Notes: generated from the letters alone by a model not told the origin. A stretch of 24,000 nucleotides of DNA from Candidatus Sulfomarinibacteraceae bacterium (GCA_963776765.1 CAVZOK010000003.1:224247-248246), one strand, 5' to 3'; shown: positions 1-7,277, counted from the stretch's first letter. Made by a program: numbers and translations.

Positions 1-1
1 C

Positions 2-499
2 TTGCTCTGCTTCTACCCGGGCGACTTCACCTTCGTTTGAGCCACCGAAGTGTCGGCGGTCGCCGACAAGTATCAGGAGCTTCAGAACCTCGGTGTTGAA
101 GTGTTCTCGGTCAGTGTCGACAGCCATTTCGTCCACAAGATGTGGAACGACCATGAGCTTTCGAAAATGGTCGAAGGCGGAATTCCGTTCCACATGCTCT
201 CGGACCAGGCGGGGAACATCGGCAGAGCGTATGGCGTCTACGACGAAACACAGGGGATCGAGCTGCGCGGTCGTTTCATCATCGATCCGGACGGCATCAT
301 CCAGGCGATGGAGGTGTTGACACCCCCGGTTGGACGCCGCATCGCCGAATCAATTCGTCAGGTGCAGGCATTCCAGGTGGTCCGCGCCAGCGGCGGCGCC
401 GAGGCAACTCCTGCCGGATGGATGCCCGGAGACCCGGTGCTCAAACCAGGTCCGGCGTTGGTTGGCAACGTCTGGAAGGAGTGGAAGCCAAACGAGTAA
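2..499 (+). CDS. Peroxiredoxin (AhpC/Prx1-like), 5' end outside the window. The in-frame TGA at 38-40 lies at the peroxidatic-Cys position (probable selenocysteine).
   Basis: The frame of ORF 50..499 stays open upstream through TGA 38-40 and reads LLCFYPGDFTFV-[TGA]-ATEVSAVADKY. This matches the Prx active-site motif FYPxDFTFVCPTE with TGA replacing Cys. Downstream Prx motifs are present (VSVDSHFVHKMW, RGRFIIDPDG). The GTG-50 start in the track is an artefact of reading TGA as a stop. Confidence 0.8.
51..68 (+). promoter_or_regulatory. SECIS-like recoding hairpin just downstream of the in-frame UGA
   Basis: A perfect 7-bp stem, TGTCGGC (51-57) with GCCGACA (62-68), closes a 4-nt loop GGTC (58-61). 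The stem starts 10 nt after the UGA and the loop G's lie about 18 nt downstream. A GGUC-type apical loop at this spacing resembles the E. coli fdhF SECIS geometry. Confidence 0.5.
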
Positions 500-534
500 G
501 AGCGGCACATCGAGTGCGAGCCTGAAAGCTTTGT

Positions 535-611
535 GCTGCAGCGACAGGACGTGGCGACCTGAAAGCGGATAACGATTCCTTCCTCAGATCGCCATCGCGC
601 TGCAGCTTTTT
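535..611 (+). terminator. Compound hairpin plus T-tract, putative terminator of the peroxiredoxin gene (between convergent genes)
   Basis: The outer 9-bp stem is GCTGCAGCG (535-543) with CGCTGCAGC (598-606). The inner 6-bp stem is TGGCGA (552-557) with TCGCCA (589-594). TTTTT follows at 607-611. The long interior loop makes this atypical. Confidence 0.4.
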
Positions 612-615
612 CTGG

Positions 616-957
616 CTAGTCCGAGCCCGACGTTTCGAGCTCCTCGATGCGCGCCCTGAGGCGTTGCAGCTCGGTTTCGAGCGCAGCGGTTTCCTGCTGG
701 AGATCCCTTCGCTCGGCGGCGACGTCCTGCCTCCGAATCGGATCCTCCCAGTCAACAGCCCGCTGCCAACCCGTTCGTCCCGTGGCCCAAAAGCGGTTTC
801 GCCAGCCGCGACCACCCCCGCGGCCGATGCCGCCTTGCCAACCCCCGAAGCTACTCCGCGAAAAACCCCGCGGGTACGAGGCCCCGCCGCAGTAGCCGAA
901 GCCGCCACCGGTCATCGATCCTCCTCCCATCGGTCCAGATCGATCTCCTCCTGGCAT
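616..957 (-). CDS. DUF5320-like small protein (Gly-rich N-terminus, C-terminal coiled coil)
   Basis: The N-terminus MPGGDRSGPMGGGSMTGGGFGYCGG and a C-terminal heptad-like helix (LQQETAALETELQRLRARIEELE) match my recollection of the DUF5320 signature. I chose the ATG at 957 because AAGGAGGG sits about 8 nt upstream. The track start at 963 is too close to that RBS. Confidence 0.7.
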   Translation of the reverse strand: MPGGDRSGPMGGGSMTGGGFGYCGGASYPRGFSRSSFGGWQGGIGRGGGRGWRNRFWATGRTGWQRAVDWEDPIRRQDVAAERRDLQQETAALETELQRLRARIEELETSGSD

Positions 958-972
958 GGTCATACCCTCCTT

Positions 973-1251
973 TCAGCGCGCCTCATCGTTCTTGGTGCGG
1001 CGGCTTTCGATCTCCTGGTGATGGGACGAGCCCTCCCGCACCGTCGCCACTCCACAGGTCGGGCAACGCTGCTTGAGACACGGTGCGCCGGGTTGGTGCG
1101 GAACCCGTTGTCCGCATTTGGGACAGACACAAAATCCACCACCACCCATCCCGCCGCCTTCTCCACTGCCGCCACGTCCGCTTCCCTGGCCGGTTCCCCG
1201 GCCCGCCTGCATTCCCTGACCTCGTCCCTGGCCCTTGCCTCGTTTCTGCAT
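973..1251 (-). CDS. Small Gly/Arg-rich zinc-ribbon protein (CxCPxCG...CPxCG)
   Basis: The protein reads MQKRGKGQGRGQG...GGGFCVCPKCGQRVPHQPGAPCLKQRCPTCG. Two CxxC pairs indicate a zinc ribbon. GGAGG lies about 7 nt upstream of the ATG at 1251. The longer track ORF (to 1419) overlaps the upstream gene and its extension has non-protein-like composition. Confidence 0.6.
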   Translation of the reverse strand: MQKRGKGQGRGQGMQAGRGTGQGSGRGGSGEGGGMGGGGFCVCPKCGQRVPHQPGAPCLKQRCPTCGVATVREGSSHHQEIESRRTKNDEAR

Positions 1252-1291
1252 GATCAGCCTCCTTCGAGATGAGCGCGTGTTTCGCGCCCTC

Positions 1292-1693
1292 TCAATCGTC
1301 GTGACATCCACCGCGGCCTTGCGCTCCGTGATCGTGGCCACAATCGTGATAGTTGTGTTCGTGGCATACCTCCCCGGAAGCGTCGAGGGTGCCGTCGAGG
1401 TAGCCCCGGGCGACGGCATCGGGATCCTCTCCCCGGATACCGGTCACCACCTCGATGCCGTGCTGGGCAAGGATGCCGGCGGCGCGCGGGCCCATGCCTC
1501 CGGCCAGAACGACGGTCGCGCCCTGATTGCGCAACCACATGGGGAAAATCCCCCGTCCGTGCTCTGGTGGAGCGCCGAGCAACCGCTCTCCGAGCGTGCG
1601 GTTCCCCTCGTCCACGCTGTAAAATGCGAACTCCTCGGCGCCGCCGAAATGCTCGCTGAACCTACCCTGGTGTACTGGAATCGCGATTTTCAT
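1292..1693 (-). CDS. NifX/NifB-C-terminal-like (dinitrogenase FeMo-cofactor biosynthesis domain) protein with Cys/His-rich tail
   Basis: MKIAIPV...FSEHFGGAEEFAFY...VVLAGGMGPRAAGILAQHGIEVV is typical of the NifX_NifB fold family. The C-terminal tail is CHEHNYHDCGHDHGAQGRGGCHDD. The RBS AAGGAGGAG lies upstream of the ATG at 1693. Confidence 0.8.
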   Translation of the reverse strand: MKIAIPVHQGRFSEHFGGAEEFAFYSVDEGNRTLGERLLGAPPEHGRGIFPMWLRNQGATVVLAGGMGPRAAGILAQHGIEVVTGIRGEDPDAVARGYLDGTLDASGEVCHEHNYHDCGHDHGAQGRGGCHDD

Positions 1694-1721
1694 TCGTCAT
1701 CTCCTCCTTGTGTTCAAGTCT

Positions 1722-2123
1722 TTAGTGCGGGCCTCGCCCGCGTCCGCTACCACCCTGCTGGTGGCGGCACCGGCAACCCTGTCCTCGCCTGCGCCCACCG
1801 TCGTGGACCGCACAGGGGAGAGGCTCGTCTGAAGCCGCTACCACCGGCCCCTCGCCGACCACCAGCACGCGCTCCTCGATCAACGCCCTTGCGACGGCCA
1901 ACCTGGCGCGGGCGAGGATGCGGGCAAAGGTCGGCCGGGAAACGCCCATCCGTTCCGCGGCAGCTTCCTGGTAGAGCCCCTCGAGGTCGGCGAGCCGCAG
2001 AGCCTCGAACTCATCCAGTCGCAGCTCTTCGATTTCGAGGCCGTCGACCGGACGGCCGACAGGCTTGAACGCCCTGCCTCCGGCCTCGCATCCGACTCGC
2101 CTGATCTTCTCTGGTCGCGCCAC
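1722..2123 (-). CDS. DUF134/UPF0251-like predicted DNA-binding protein
   Basis: (M)ARPEKIRRVGCEAGGRAFKPVG...LRLDEFEALRLADLEGLYQEAAAERMGVSRPTFARILARAR matches the DUF134 pattern (PRPxKxRxV...FKP...DEfEAlRL.D..G..qeeAA..MgVSRpT). I prefer the GTG at 2123 because GGGAGG lies 4 nt upstream. The track uses TTG at 2135. Confidence 0.8.
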   Translation of the reverse strand: MARPEKIRRVGCEAGGRAFKPVGRPVDGLEIEELRLDEFEALRLADLEGLYQEAAAERMGVSRPTFARILARARLAVARALIEERVLVVGEGPVVAASDEPLPCAVHDGGRRRGQGCRCRHQQGGSGRGRGPH

Positions 2124-2200
2124 GTTGCCTCCCAATTACGAACATATGCTCATTACTAGCGAATGTCAAGAGGCGATCCAGTTCGCGGGAACTCGGCATC

Positions 2201-3424
2201 GTGAGAGGTCCTGGGAAGACCGAATTGTGCAGCAAGTGCTACGGTAGCGGTCGCGTGAGTGAACTCAGATCAGACCCGTCGCAAGCCCAGCAGACCTCCA
2301 AGGTCGTCACCATCTCCGCAGCCCACGCGGCGCATGATACTTACAGTGCCTTCCTGCCTCCCCTGCTGCCCGTGTTCATCGAAAGGCTCGCCCTCGCAAA
2401 GGCGGAGGCCGGTCTGCTCACCGTCTTCCTCCAGGGCCCATCTCTCCTCCAACCATTCATAGGTCACCTGGGGGACCGTTTCGATTTGCGCGTCATTGTT
2501 GTTCTGACCCCGGCCGTGACCGCGGCCTGTATGAGCCTGCTGGGGGTCGCCCCGAACTACGCGGTGATCGCTCTGCTTCTGGTAACAGCCGGAGTCTCCT
2601 CCGCCGTTCTGCATTCGCTTGCACCAGTGATCGCGGGCCGGCTCACCAGGAATCGCCTGGGGTTTGGCATGGGCTTCTGGATGGTGGGAGGGGAGCTCGG
2701 TCGCACCCTCGGACCGATCATCCTGGTGAGTGCGATCGCTGTCCTCGGTCTCAACGGAATGCCATGGCTCATGGTCGGCGGTGTGGGGGCCTCGGCGCTG
2801 CTCTATTTCGGTGTGCGCGGCACGTCGCAAATACGCAAGGGTCAGGCGGAGGCGAACAACTTCTCCCAGGCCGTGCGTTCCATGCGAAACCTGCTGCTTC
2901 CTCTTTCCGGTGTCATGATCTTTCGATCGTTCACGATGGCAGCCTTCGCCACCTATCTTCCGGTCTTTCTGCGCGAGGAGGGTGCCAGCCTGTGGTTCGC
3001 CGGAGCCTCCCTGTCCGTCCTCGAAGCGGGTGGCGTAATCGGCGCCCTGGTCGGCGGTTCCGCAAGTGACGTTTTGGGCCGACGGAGGGTGCTCGCAGTC
3101 TCACTCCTCTTGACGCCTGTCCTGATGTTTGTCCTTGTCTACACGACAGGCTGGTGGAGGCTGCCCCTCCTCCTTCCGCTCGGGTTCGCCGGTCTCATGG
3201 CGACCCCGGTCATCATGGCGTCCGTTCAGGAGAGCGCCCCCGAAAATCGCGCATTGGCGAACGGCATCTACATGGCCCTCAACTTCGTTGTGCGGGCCCT
3301 GATCGTGGTCGTGGTAGGTGGCTTCGCCGACCGGATGGGAATGCGCTCGGCCTTCCTCGCCTGCGCCGCCCTGGGGTTGTTGGGAACGCCGTTCGTTTTC
3401 TGGCTGCCCGGAAGAATAAAATGA
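2201..3424 (+). CDS. MFS transporter (Fsr-like N-terminal motif); start uncertain (GTG 2201 or GTG 2255)
   Basis: The protein has about 12 hydrophobic segments, an AHAAHDTYSAFLPPLLPVF motif in TM1 and a GRLTRNRLG-type loop 2-3 motif. There are no stops through to 3424. Confidence 0.8.
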   Translation: MRGPGKTELCSKCYGSGRVSELRSDPSQAQQTSKVVTISAAHAAHDTYSAFLPPLLPVFIERLALAKAEAGLLTVFLQGPSLLQPFIGHLGDRFDLRVIVVLTPAVTAACMSLLGVAPNYAVIALLLVTAGVSSAVLHSLAPVIAGRLTRNRLGFGMGFWMVGGELGRTLGPIILVSAIAVLGLNGMPWLMVGGVGASALLYFGVRGTSQIRKGQAEANNFSQAVRSMRNLLLPLSGVMIFRSFTMAAFATYLPVFLREEGASLWFAGASLSVLEAGGVIGALVGGSASDVLGRRRVLAVSLLLTPVLMFVLVYTTGWWRLPLLLPLGFAGLMATPVIMASVQESAPENRALANGIYMALNFVVRALIVVVVGGFADRMGMRSAFLACAALGLLGTPFVFWLPGRIK

Positions 3425-3497
3425 GCGGCATAAGCAGCCATGCGTCATCGCTGCGGTCCGGCATGAAGCTGTTTGTTTGCCCGAATCAAGAATAGAA

Positions 3498-4271
3498 TCA
3501 GTCATCCGGCATCGAGGGCTCCGATTCGGCAACCGCACGAATAGCGGTTCGTCCTCCGTCGTCGTGCTCGAGGATTTCCTCGACCGGCCCGCCGATCGGG
3601 TCAATGACCAGGTGCGACGAAAATCTCGTTCTCTTCACGTGAAGACCCATCAATGACATCTTGACGACGATTTCGCTGTGGAGTTCGTAAGTATGGGATT
3701 CAGACTGGTCGGGACCAGGTGAATGCGGGATTCTGACGACCCGGTCGGTCACCAACACGGTGGCTTTCGTACCGAGGACGGCAAAGAACCCTCGTTTCAC
3801 CCTTGCGGTGTAGTGGAGATCCGGAAGGCTCATCCCCTCCAGGGGTATCTCCGGGTAGGCCAGCTCGTCACCAATGACCTTCGCCTCTAGATTCTCTCTT
3901 TCGGAGTCGCCCACAAACTTCAGGATGTTGGCCACCAGATGAGGGTTCGAGCATTCCACATAGAGTGACAGTTCGGTGTCTCCTTTGACGTCCGTACGAT
4001 CGCCCCCATCGAAGGAAATGACTCGAACCGGGAGGACACAGCCGGCTTCTCGCGGCGCCAGCACGCCAAACTGAATCAGCTGGTGGGTTTGGAGCTCTCC
4101 GTCCTTTTCATAGTCACACCGCTCGTATGACTTTTTCTGAAGCCACTGCGTGAAGTCCGCCTTTGTTTCGGCGGCCGGCTGTTGGCCATCTGCGATCGAG
4201 GGCAGGGGTCCGCTGACGGCTACCAACACGCAGAGGAAAACGAGGGTTGTGCTTCGATAAACCACGATCAC
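3498..4271 (-). CDS. Hypothetical exported protein (N-terminal signal peptide), no recognisable family
   Basis: GTG start. The hydrophobic N-terminus TTLVFLCVLVAVSGPLPSIADG resembles a signal peptide. Composition is protein-like and GC is slightly lower than in neighbouring genes. A terminator lies upstream, so the gene probably has its own promoter. Confidence 0.55.
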   Translation of the reverse strand: MIVVYRSTTLVFLCVLVAVSGPLPSIADGQQPAAETKADFTQWLQKKSYERCDYEKDGELQTHQLIQFGVLAPREAGCVLPVRVISFDGGDRTDVKGDTELSLYVECSNPHLVANILKFVGDSERENLEAKVIGDELAYPEIPLEGMSLPDLHYTARVKRGFFAVLGTKATVLVTDRVVRIPHSPGPDQSESHTYELHSEIVVKMSLMGLHVKRTRFSSHLVIDPIGGPVEEILEHDDGGRTAIRAVAESEPSMPDD

Positions 4272-4328
4272 ATCGTTCCGAGGTTTCCTTTGATGTTTTC
4301 ATTCTCGACGATCAACCCGCGGTGGACA

Positions 4329-4356
4329 AGAAAAACCGCCCGCTATTGCGGGCGGT
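4329..4356 (-). terminator. Rho-independent terminator of the NarI-like/HdrD-like operon
   Basis: On the minus strand, ACCGCCCGC-AATA-GCGGGCGGT forms a perfect 9-bp GC-rich stem with a 4-nt loop, followed by TTTTTCTT. Confidence 0.8.
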
Positions 4357-4379
4357 CTATTGAAACCTGGTTGGGCTGG

Positions 4380-4414
4380 AATTCCTAATTCCGAATTCCT
4401 AATTCCGAATTCTA
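4380..4414. repeat. Five tandem heptamers: AATTCCT AATTCCG AATTCCT AATTCCG AATTCTA
   Basis: This was read directly from the sequence. It is an AT-rich island in GC-rich DNA, lying between the stop codon at 4417-4419 and the terminator at 4329-4356. On the minus-strand RNA it yields four GGA motifs at a 7-nt period and several self-complementary GAAUUC/GGAAUUCC cores. Confidence 0.9.
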
Positions 4415-4416
4415 GA

Positions 4417-6021
4417 CTAGTGCCACTCCCAATCGATGAAACCGGGTTCGGTGTCGACCATCGCGTTGACGATCAGCTCGACGAGACCACCGTAGTAGAT
4501 ACCGGCCTTTTCCCACGCATCGTAGTAGGCGATGATGTCGCGGATCTGGCCCTTGCAGTTGGAGCACGGCGCACACAGATACTTGGGATTGTCCTTGGTC
4601 ATTTCCTCGTCGGAAAAGGCGTCGAGGATCTGGCGGAACTTCTTGCGCCCGGTCAAGCGATGGCGCCAATCCTGGAAGTTGTGGCCCGACATGATCGCGA
4701 AGCCCGAACCGCCCCCGCAACAGTAGTTCTCGACCCCGTGCGGCGTCATCTCGCGGAAGCGGCCCGGAGGCAGCACCGCTTCGAGGATTTCGCGCTGGGG
4801 TGACACGATGCCCATCAAGCGCACGAGGTTGCAGGGATCGTGGAGAGTGACTGGGAAGTCGTTGCGGCTGGGGTCGAGCTTGAGCTTGCCCGAGCGGATG
4901 ATATCGCGCAGGGTCACCATCGAGCTTTCGCGCGGGATGTTGAGGTCGCCGGTGAGGATCTTGTCGGCGATGACCGTCAAGGCCTTGTGGGCGTGACCGC
5001 ACTCGCCGAGTACAATCTTCTTGACCCCGAGTTTCTTGGCCGCGGCCGCGTGTTTGACCGCGACGCGGGCAAACTGGACATCGTCGTACCAGACGCCGTA
5101 GTTGATGCCGTCATAGGCGACGGCCTCCGAAGACATCGTCCAGCTGAGTCCGGCCGCCTCAAAAACCGTTGCGAAAGCGCCCGGGTTCTCCGGCCACGCC
5201 ATGATCTCGCCGGCGTTGTGGATCAGGAGGATATCGGCGCCCTCCTTGTCCCACGGGGTCTCGATCTCGATCCCGGTGCGCTCGGCCGTGTCCTCGTCGA
5301 TGAACTCGATGTTGTCCTTGACGATCATCGGCGTCATACCAGTGGAGGAACCAACCTCGAGCTGCAGGACCGAACCGTCGGTGTGGAGCTCCTTGGGCAC
5401 GATCCCCATCTCCATCGAGGCGATCTTGCGGATCTCGCGCGACAGCAGCGCATTGTCGACGCCGATCGGGCAGGTCTGGGCACAGCGCCGACACACGTTA
5501 CAGCGGTAGGAGAGCTCGATCAGCCGCGCCACGACCTCCCAGTTGAGGTCGATGTCGCCGTGGACCTTGGTTGATTCTTTCTTGACATACTTGAAGTAGA
5601 TCCGGCGCAGGATCTCGGAGCGGTAGATCGGCCGATAGAGTTCGTTCTCGCCGCTCTCCTCGTAAATGGGACAGGCGTCGGAACACGTCTGACAGTGGGC
5701 GCAGTGCTCCATCGACATCTCGAAGGGCTGCAGGAAGGCCCAGTTGTCCTCGGTGCTCATGCACTTTTCAAGACCCGCCAGGAAACCATTTACGAGGCGG
5801 TCCTCCTCTTCCTTCGATTGCGGTTTGGGAATGTTGACGGCGATCGTGTCGTCGAGCACAACGTATTTTTCGCGCGCCGCATCGCTCAGCTGGGCATAAG
5901 GCGGTTCCTCGTCGAGCTTGTCGAACGGTGGCGGCAGCGGAATCTGCTCGAGCGGGTCGATGCGAGCCAACGGTTGACCGGGGTTCTTGGCGATGTCTTT
6001 GACGCTGTCTGGTTGTTTCAT
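4417..6021 (-). CDS. HdrD/DsrK-family Fe-S oxidoreductase (two 4Fe-4S ferredoxin motifs plus CCG domains)
   Basis: The ferredoxin motifs are CAHCQTCSDACP and CNVCRRCAQTCP. The CCG-type motifs are HDPCNLVR, YCCGGGSGF and CAPCSNCKGQ. Its start overlaps the stop of the upstream membrane subunit gene in an ATGA at 6018-6021. Confidence 0.9.
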   Translation of the reverse strand: MKQPDSVKDIAKNPGQPLARIDPLEQIPLPPPFDKLDEEPPYAQLSDAAREKYVVLDDTIAVNIPKPQSKEEEDRLVNGFLAGLEKCMSTEDNWAFLQPFEMSMEHCAHCQTCSDACPIYEESGENELYRPIYRSEILRRIYFKYVKKESTKVHGDIDLNWEVVARLIELSYRCNVCRRCAQTCPIGVDNALLSREIRKIASMEMGIVPKELHTDGSVLQLEVGSSTGMTPMIVKDNIEFIDEDTAERTGIEIETPWDKEGADILLIHNAGEIMAWPENPGAFATVFEAAGLSWTMSSEAVAYDGINYGVWYDDVQFARVAVKHAAAAKKLGVKKIVLGECGHAHKALTVIADKILTGDLNIPRESSMVTLRDIIRSGKLKLDPSRNDFPVTLHDPCNLVRLMGIVSPQREILEAVLPPGRFREMTPHGVENYCCGGGSGFAIMSGHNFQDWRHRLTGRKKFRQILDAFSDEEMTKDNPKYLCAPCSNCKGQIRDIIAYYDAWEKAGIYYGGLVELIVNAMVDTEPGFIDWEWH

Positions 6022-6959
6022 TTGTCCTCTACCTCCGGCTCTTCCGTCGCTGCCTCGAGCCAGGTCTTTTTACCGTCGCCCCCGATGTGTTTTGCGGACC
6101 AGGAAATCGGTCGACTGAGCAGCTCTTCGATGACCTTCTCTTCGCTGCCGCCTTGCAGATTGGGATCATCCTTCCAGCGAATCGAGTGATAGGCAAAGTA
6201 CTTGCCCACGAAGTGCGACATGTGGGTGGTTGGAATGTAGGCCGTCAGCAGTGACAGGAGTACGACCGATAACATGAGTAACAGCGCTCCCGTACCACTG
6301 CCCAACGGCGCCAAGTTGAAAGTCGCGAGGTTGGCGACAAAGGCGGAGACCAGCGAAAAGTCCCGGTCATAGCCGAAAAAGGTCACCAGCGCGATTCCGA
6401 AGGCGACGATGAAAAATACGAGATTGAAGAGATCGGCGGGCGCCGTGTAGTCCCTCAGGGCACGGCCGCGCCGGCGGGCGAAAAGCCCTAACGCGCCGAC
6501 GATGCCGAGCACCAACCCGGCTCCACCGAGCCACGGGGCCAGGAGACCAATCACGGTGTTGATCGGTGCGACCACGTTCGCGGGCAGCAGTGCGCCGGCG
6601 ACACCCCCGACAAGAAGCAGGATGGTCGTTGCGGCGACCAGGTAGAGCCCGAAGTGAAATGGGAACGACCACGTCCAGAGCTTGCGGTTGTGCTCCCTGA
6701 GGGCAACCAGGAAGAGAATTTCCGGAACCATCACCTTGAGCTCGCCAAGGAGAGACACCTCGCGCTTCTTCTTCCACCAATCGCTCTCCTCGAGGTAGGA
6801 ACCACCGTATGCGGCGCGCCCTCCTCCCTCATGAGCTACCGGGTAGAGCTCCCATCTGAGATGCATCGGCATCTTGGACCAGAACACGAATCGGGCTGCA
6901 ACCGCGATCAGGAAGAACACGATGCCCAGATACGCGATGACGTAAACGAGAGTAGTCAT
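6018..6959 (-). CDS. NarI/DsrM-like polytopic membrane (di-heme b type) subunit
   Basis: Multiple TM segments are present. LRWELYPVAHEGG and the C-terminal HMSHFVGKYFAYHSIRWKDDP motifs match my recollection of DsrM/HmeC-type NarI-family proteins. I prefer the ATG at 6959 because GAGGA lies 9 nt upstream. The GTG at 6968 used by the track abuts the RBS. Confidence 0.8.
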   Translation of the reverse strand: MTTLVYVIAYLGIVFFLIAVAARFVFWSKMPMHLRWELYPVAHEGGGRAAYGGSYLEESDWWKKKREVSLLGELKVMVPEILFLVALREHNRKLWTWSFPFHFGLYLVAATTILLLVGGVAGALLPANVVAPINTVIGLLAPWLGGAGLVLGIVGALGLFARRRGRALRDYTAPADLFNLVFFIVAFGIALVTFFGYDRDFSLVSAFVANLATFNLAPLGSGTGALLLMLSVVLLSLLTAYIPTTHMSHFVGKYFAYHSIRWKDDPNLQGGSEEKVIEELLSRPISWSAKHIGGDGKKTWLEAATEEPEVEDK

Positions 6960-6981
6960 CAATAGCACTCCTCAAAACGAG

Positions 6982-7009
6982 ATTATATAACCATTTTCAA
7001 ATATTGAAA
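6982..7009 (-). promoter_or_regulatory. Putative sigma70 -10 box (TATAAT, 6982-6987 on the minus strand) with an overlapping inverted repeat TTTCAA-ATA-TTGAAA (6995-7009)
   Basis: A perfect TATAAT hexamer lies about 22 nt upstream of the ATG at 6959. A 6-3-6 perfect inverted repeat sits over the expected spacer and -35 region, as an operator would. Both lie in a 317-bp AT-rich intergenic region. Confidence 0.35.
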
Positions 7010-7261
7010 TAGCCGGCCCGGTGATCGGAATCCGACGACTGCCGGCCACTGAATTGCTTTTACGCGCACCATCCCGGTGCACAATTCGCAATATTTATTC
7101 CCTAGCGAACTAGTCGGATTTCAATCGATCTGGTTGCCAAGAAGCACTTTCGGGCCTAACTCAAACTTGGGTAGCACAGAAGATCGAAGCCCATATTCGA
7201 GCACCGCTTGAGCAAACGAGAACACGTCGCAGACCTTCAACCTCCGATTCGACGATATTTC

Positions 7262-7277
7262 GTTACGAAAGCGTAAC
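7262..7277 (-). terminator. Weak hairpin just after the TVP38-like gene stop
   Basis: GTTACG-AAAG-CGTAAC forms a 6-bp stem 8 nt downstream of the stop. There is no clear U-tract, so confidence is low. Confidence 0.25.

Noticed and set aside
38-40. An alternative genetic code (TGA as Trp or Gly), or a simple nonsense mutation, as the explanation for the in-frame TGA in the peroxiredoxin
   Set aside because: TGA terminates many well-supported genes in this window (for example at 973, 6018, 12836, 18365, 19472, 22124 and 22968), so reassignment is unlikely. A pseudogene cannot be fully excluded, but the exact active-site position and the SECIS-like hairpin favour Sec.
973-1419. The 148-aa version of the zinc-ribbon ORF, extending to 1419
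   Set aside because: The extension overlaps the 3' end of the NifX-like gene and has no RBS. The internal ATG at 1251 has GGAGG at the proper spacing and starts the Gly/Arg-rich domain.
664-2068. Plus-strand ORFs 664..1272 (202 aa) and 1235..2068 (277 aa)
   Set aside because: They lie antisense to four minus-strand genes that have family-specific motifs and strong Shine-Dalgarno sequences. Their translations are Pro/Arg/Ala-rich with no motifs.
2201-2254. CSKCYGSG in the N-terminal extension of the MFS ORF, an exact CxxCxGxG DnaJ-type zinc-finger motif
   Set aside because: It is a single copy, where DnaJ has four. It lies in a region that may be untranslated if the GTG at 2255 is the true start. 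It is probably coincidental.
4412-5574. ORFs 4412..5002 (-), 4840..5574 (+) and other ORFs overlapping the HdrD/DsrK-like gene
   Set aside because: The 4417..6021 frame contains complete ferredoxin and CCG motifs over its whole length. The others are alternative-frame or antisense shadows.
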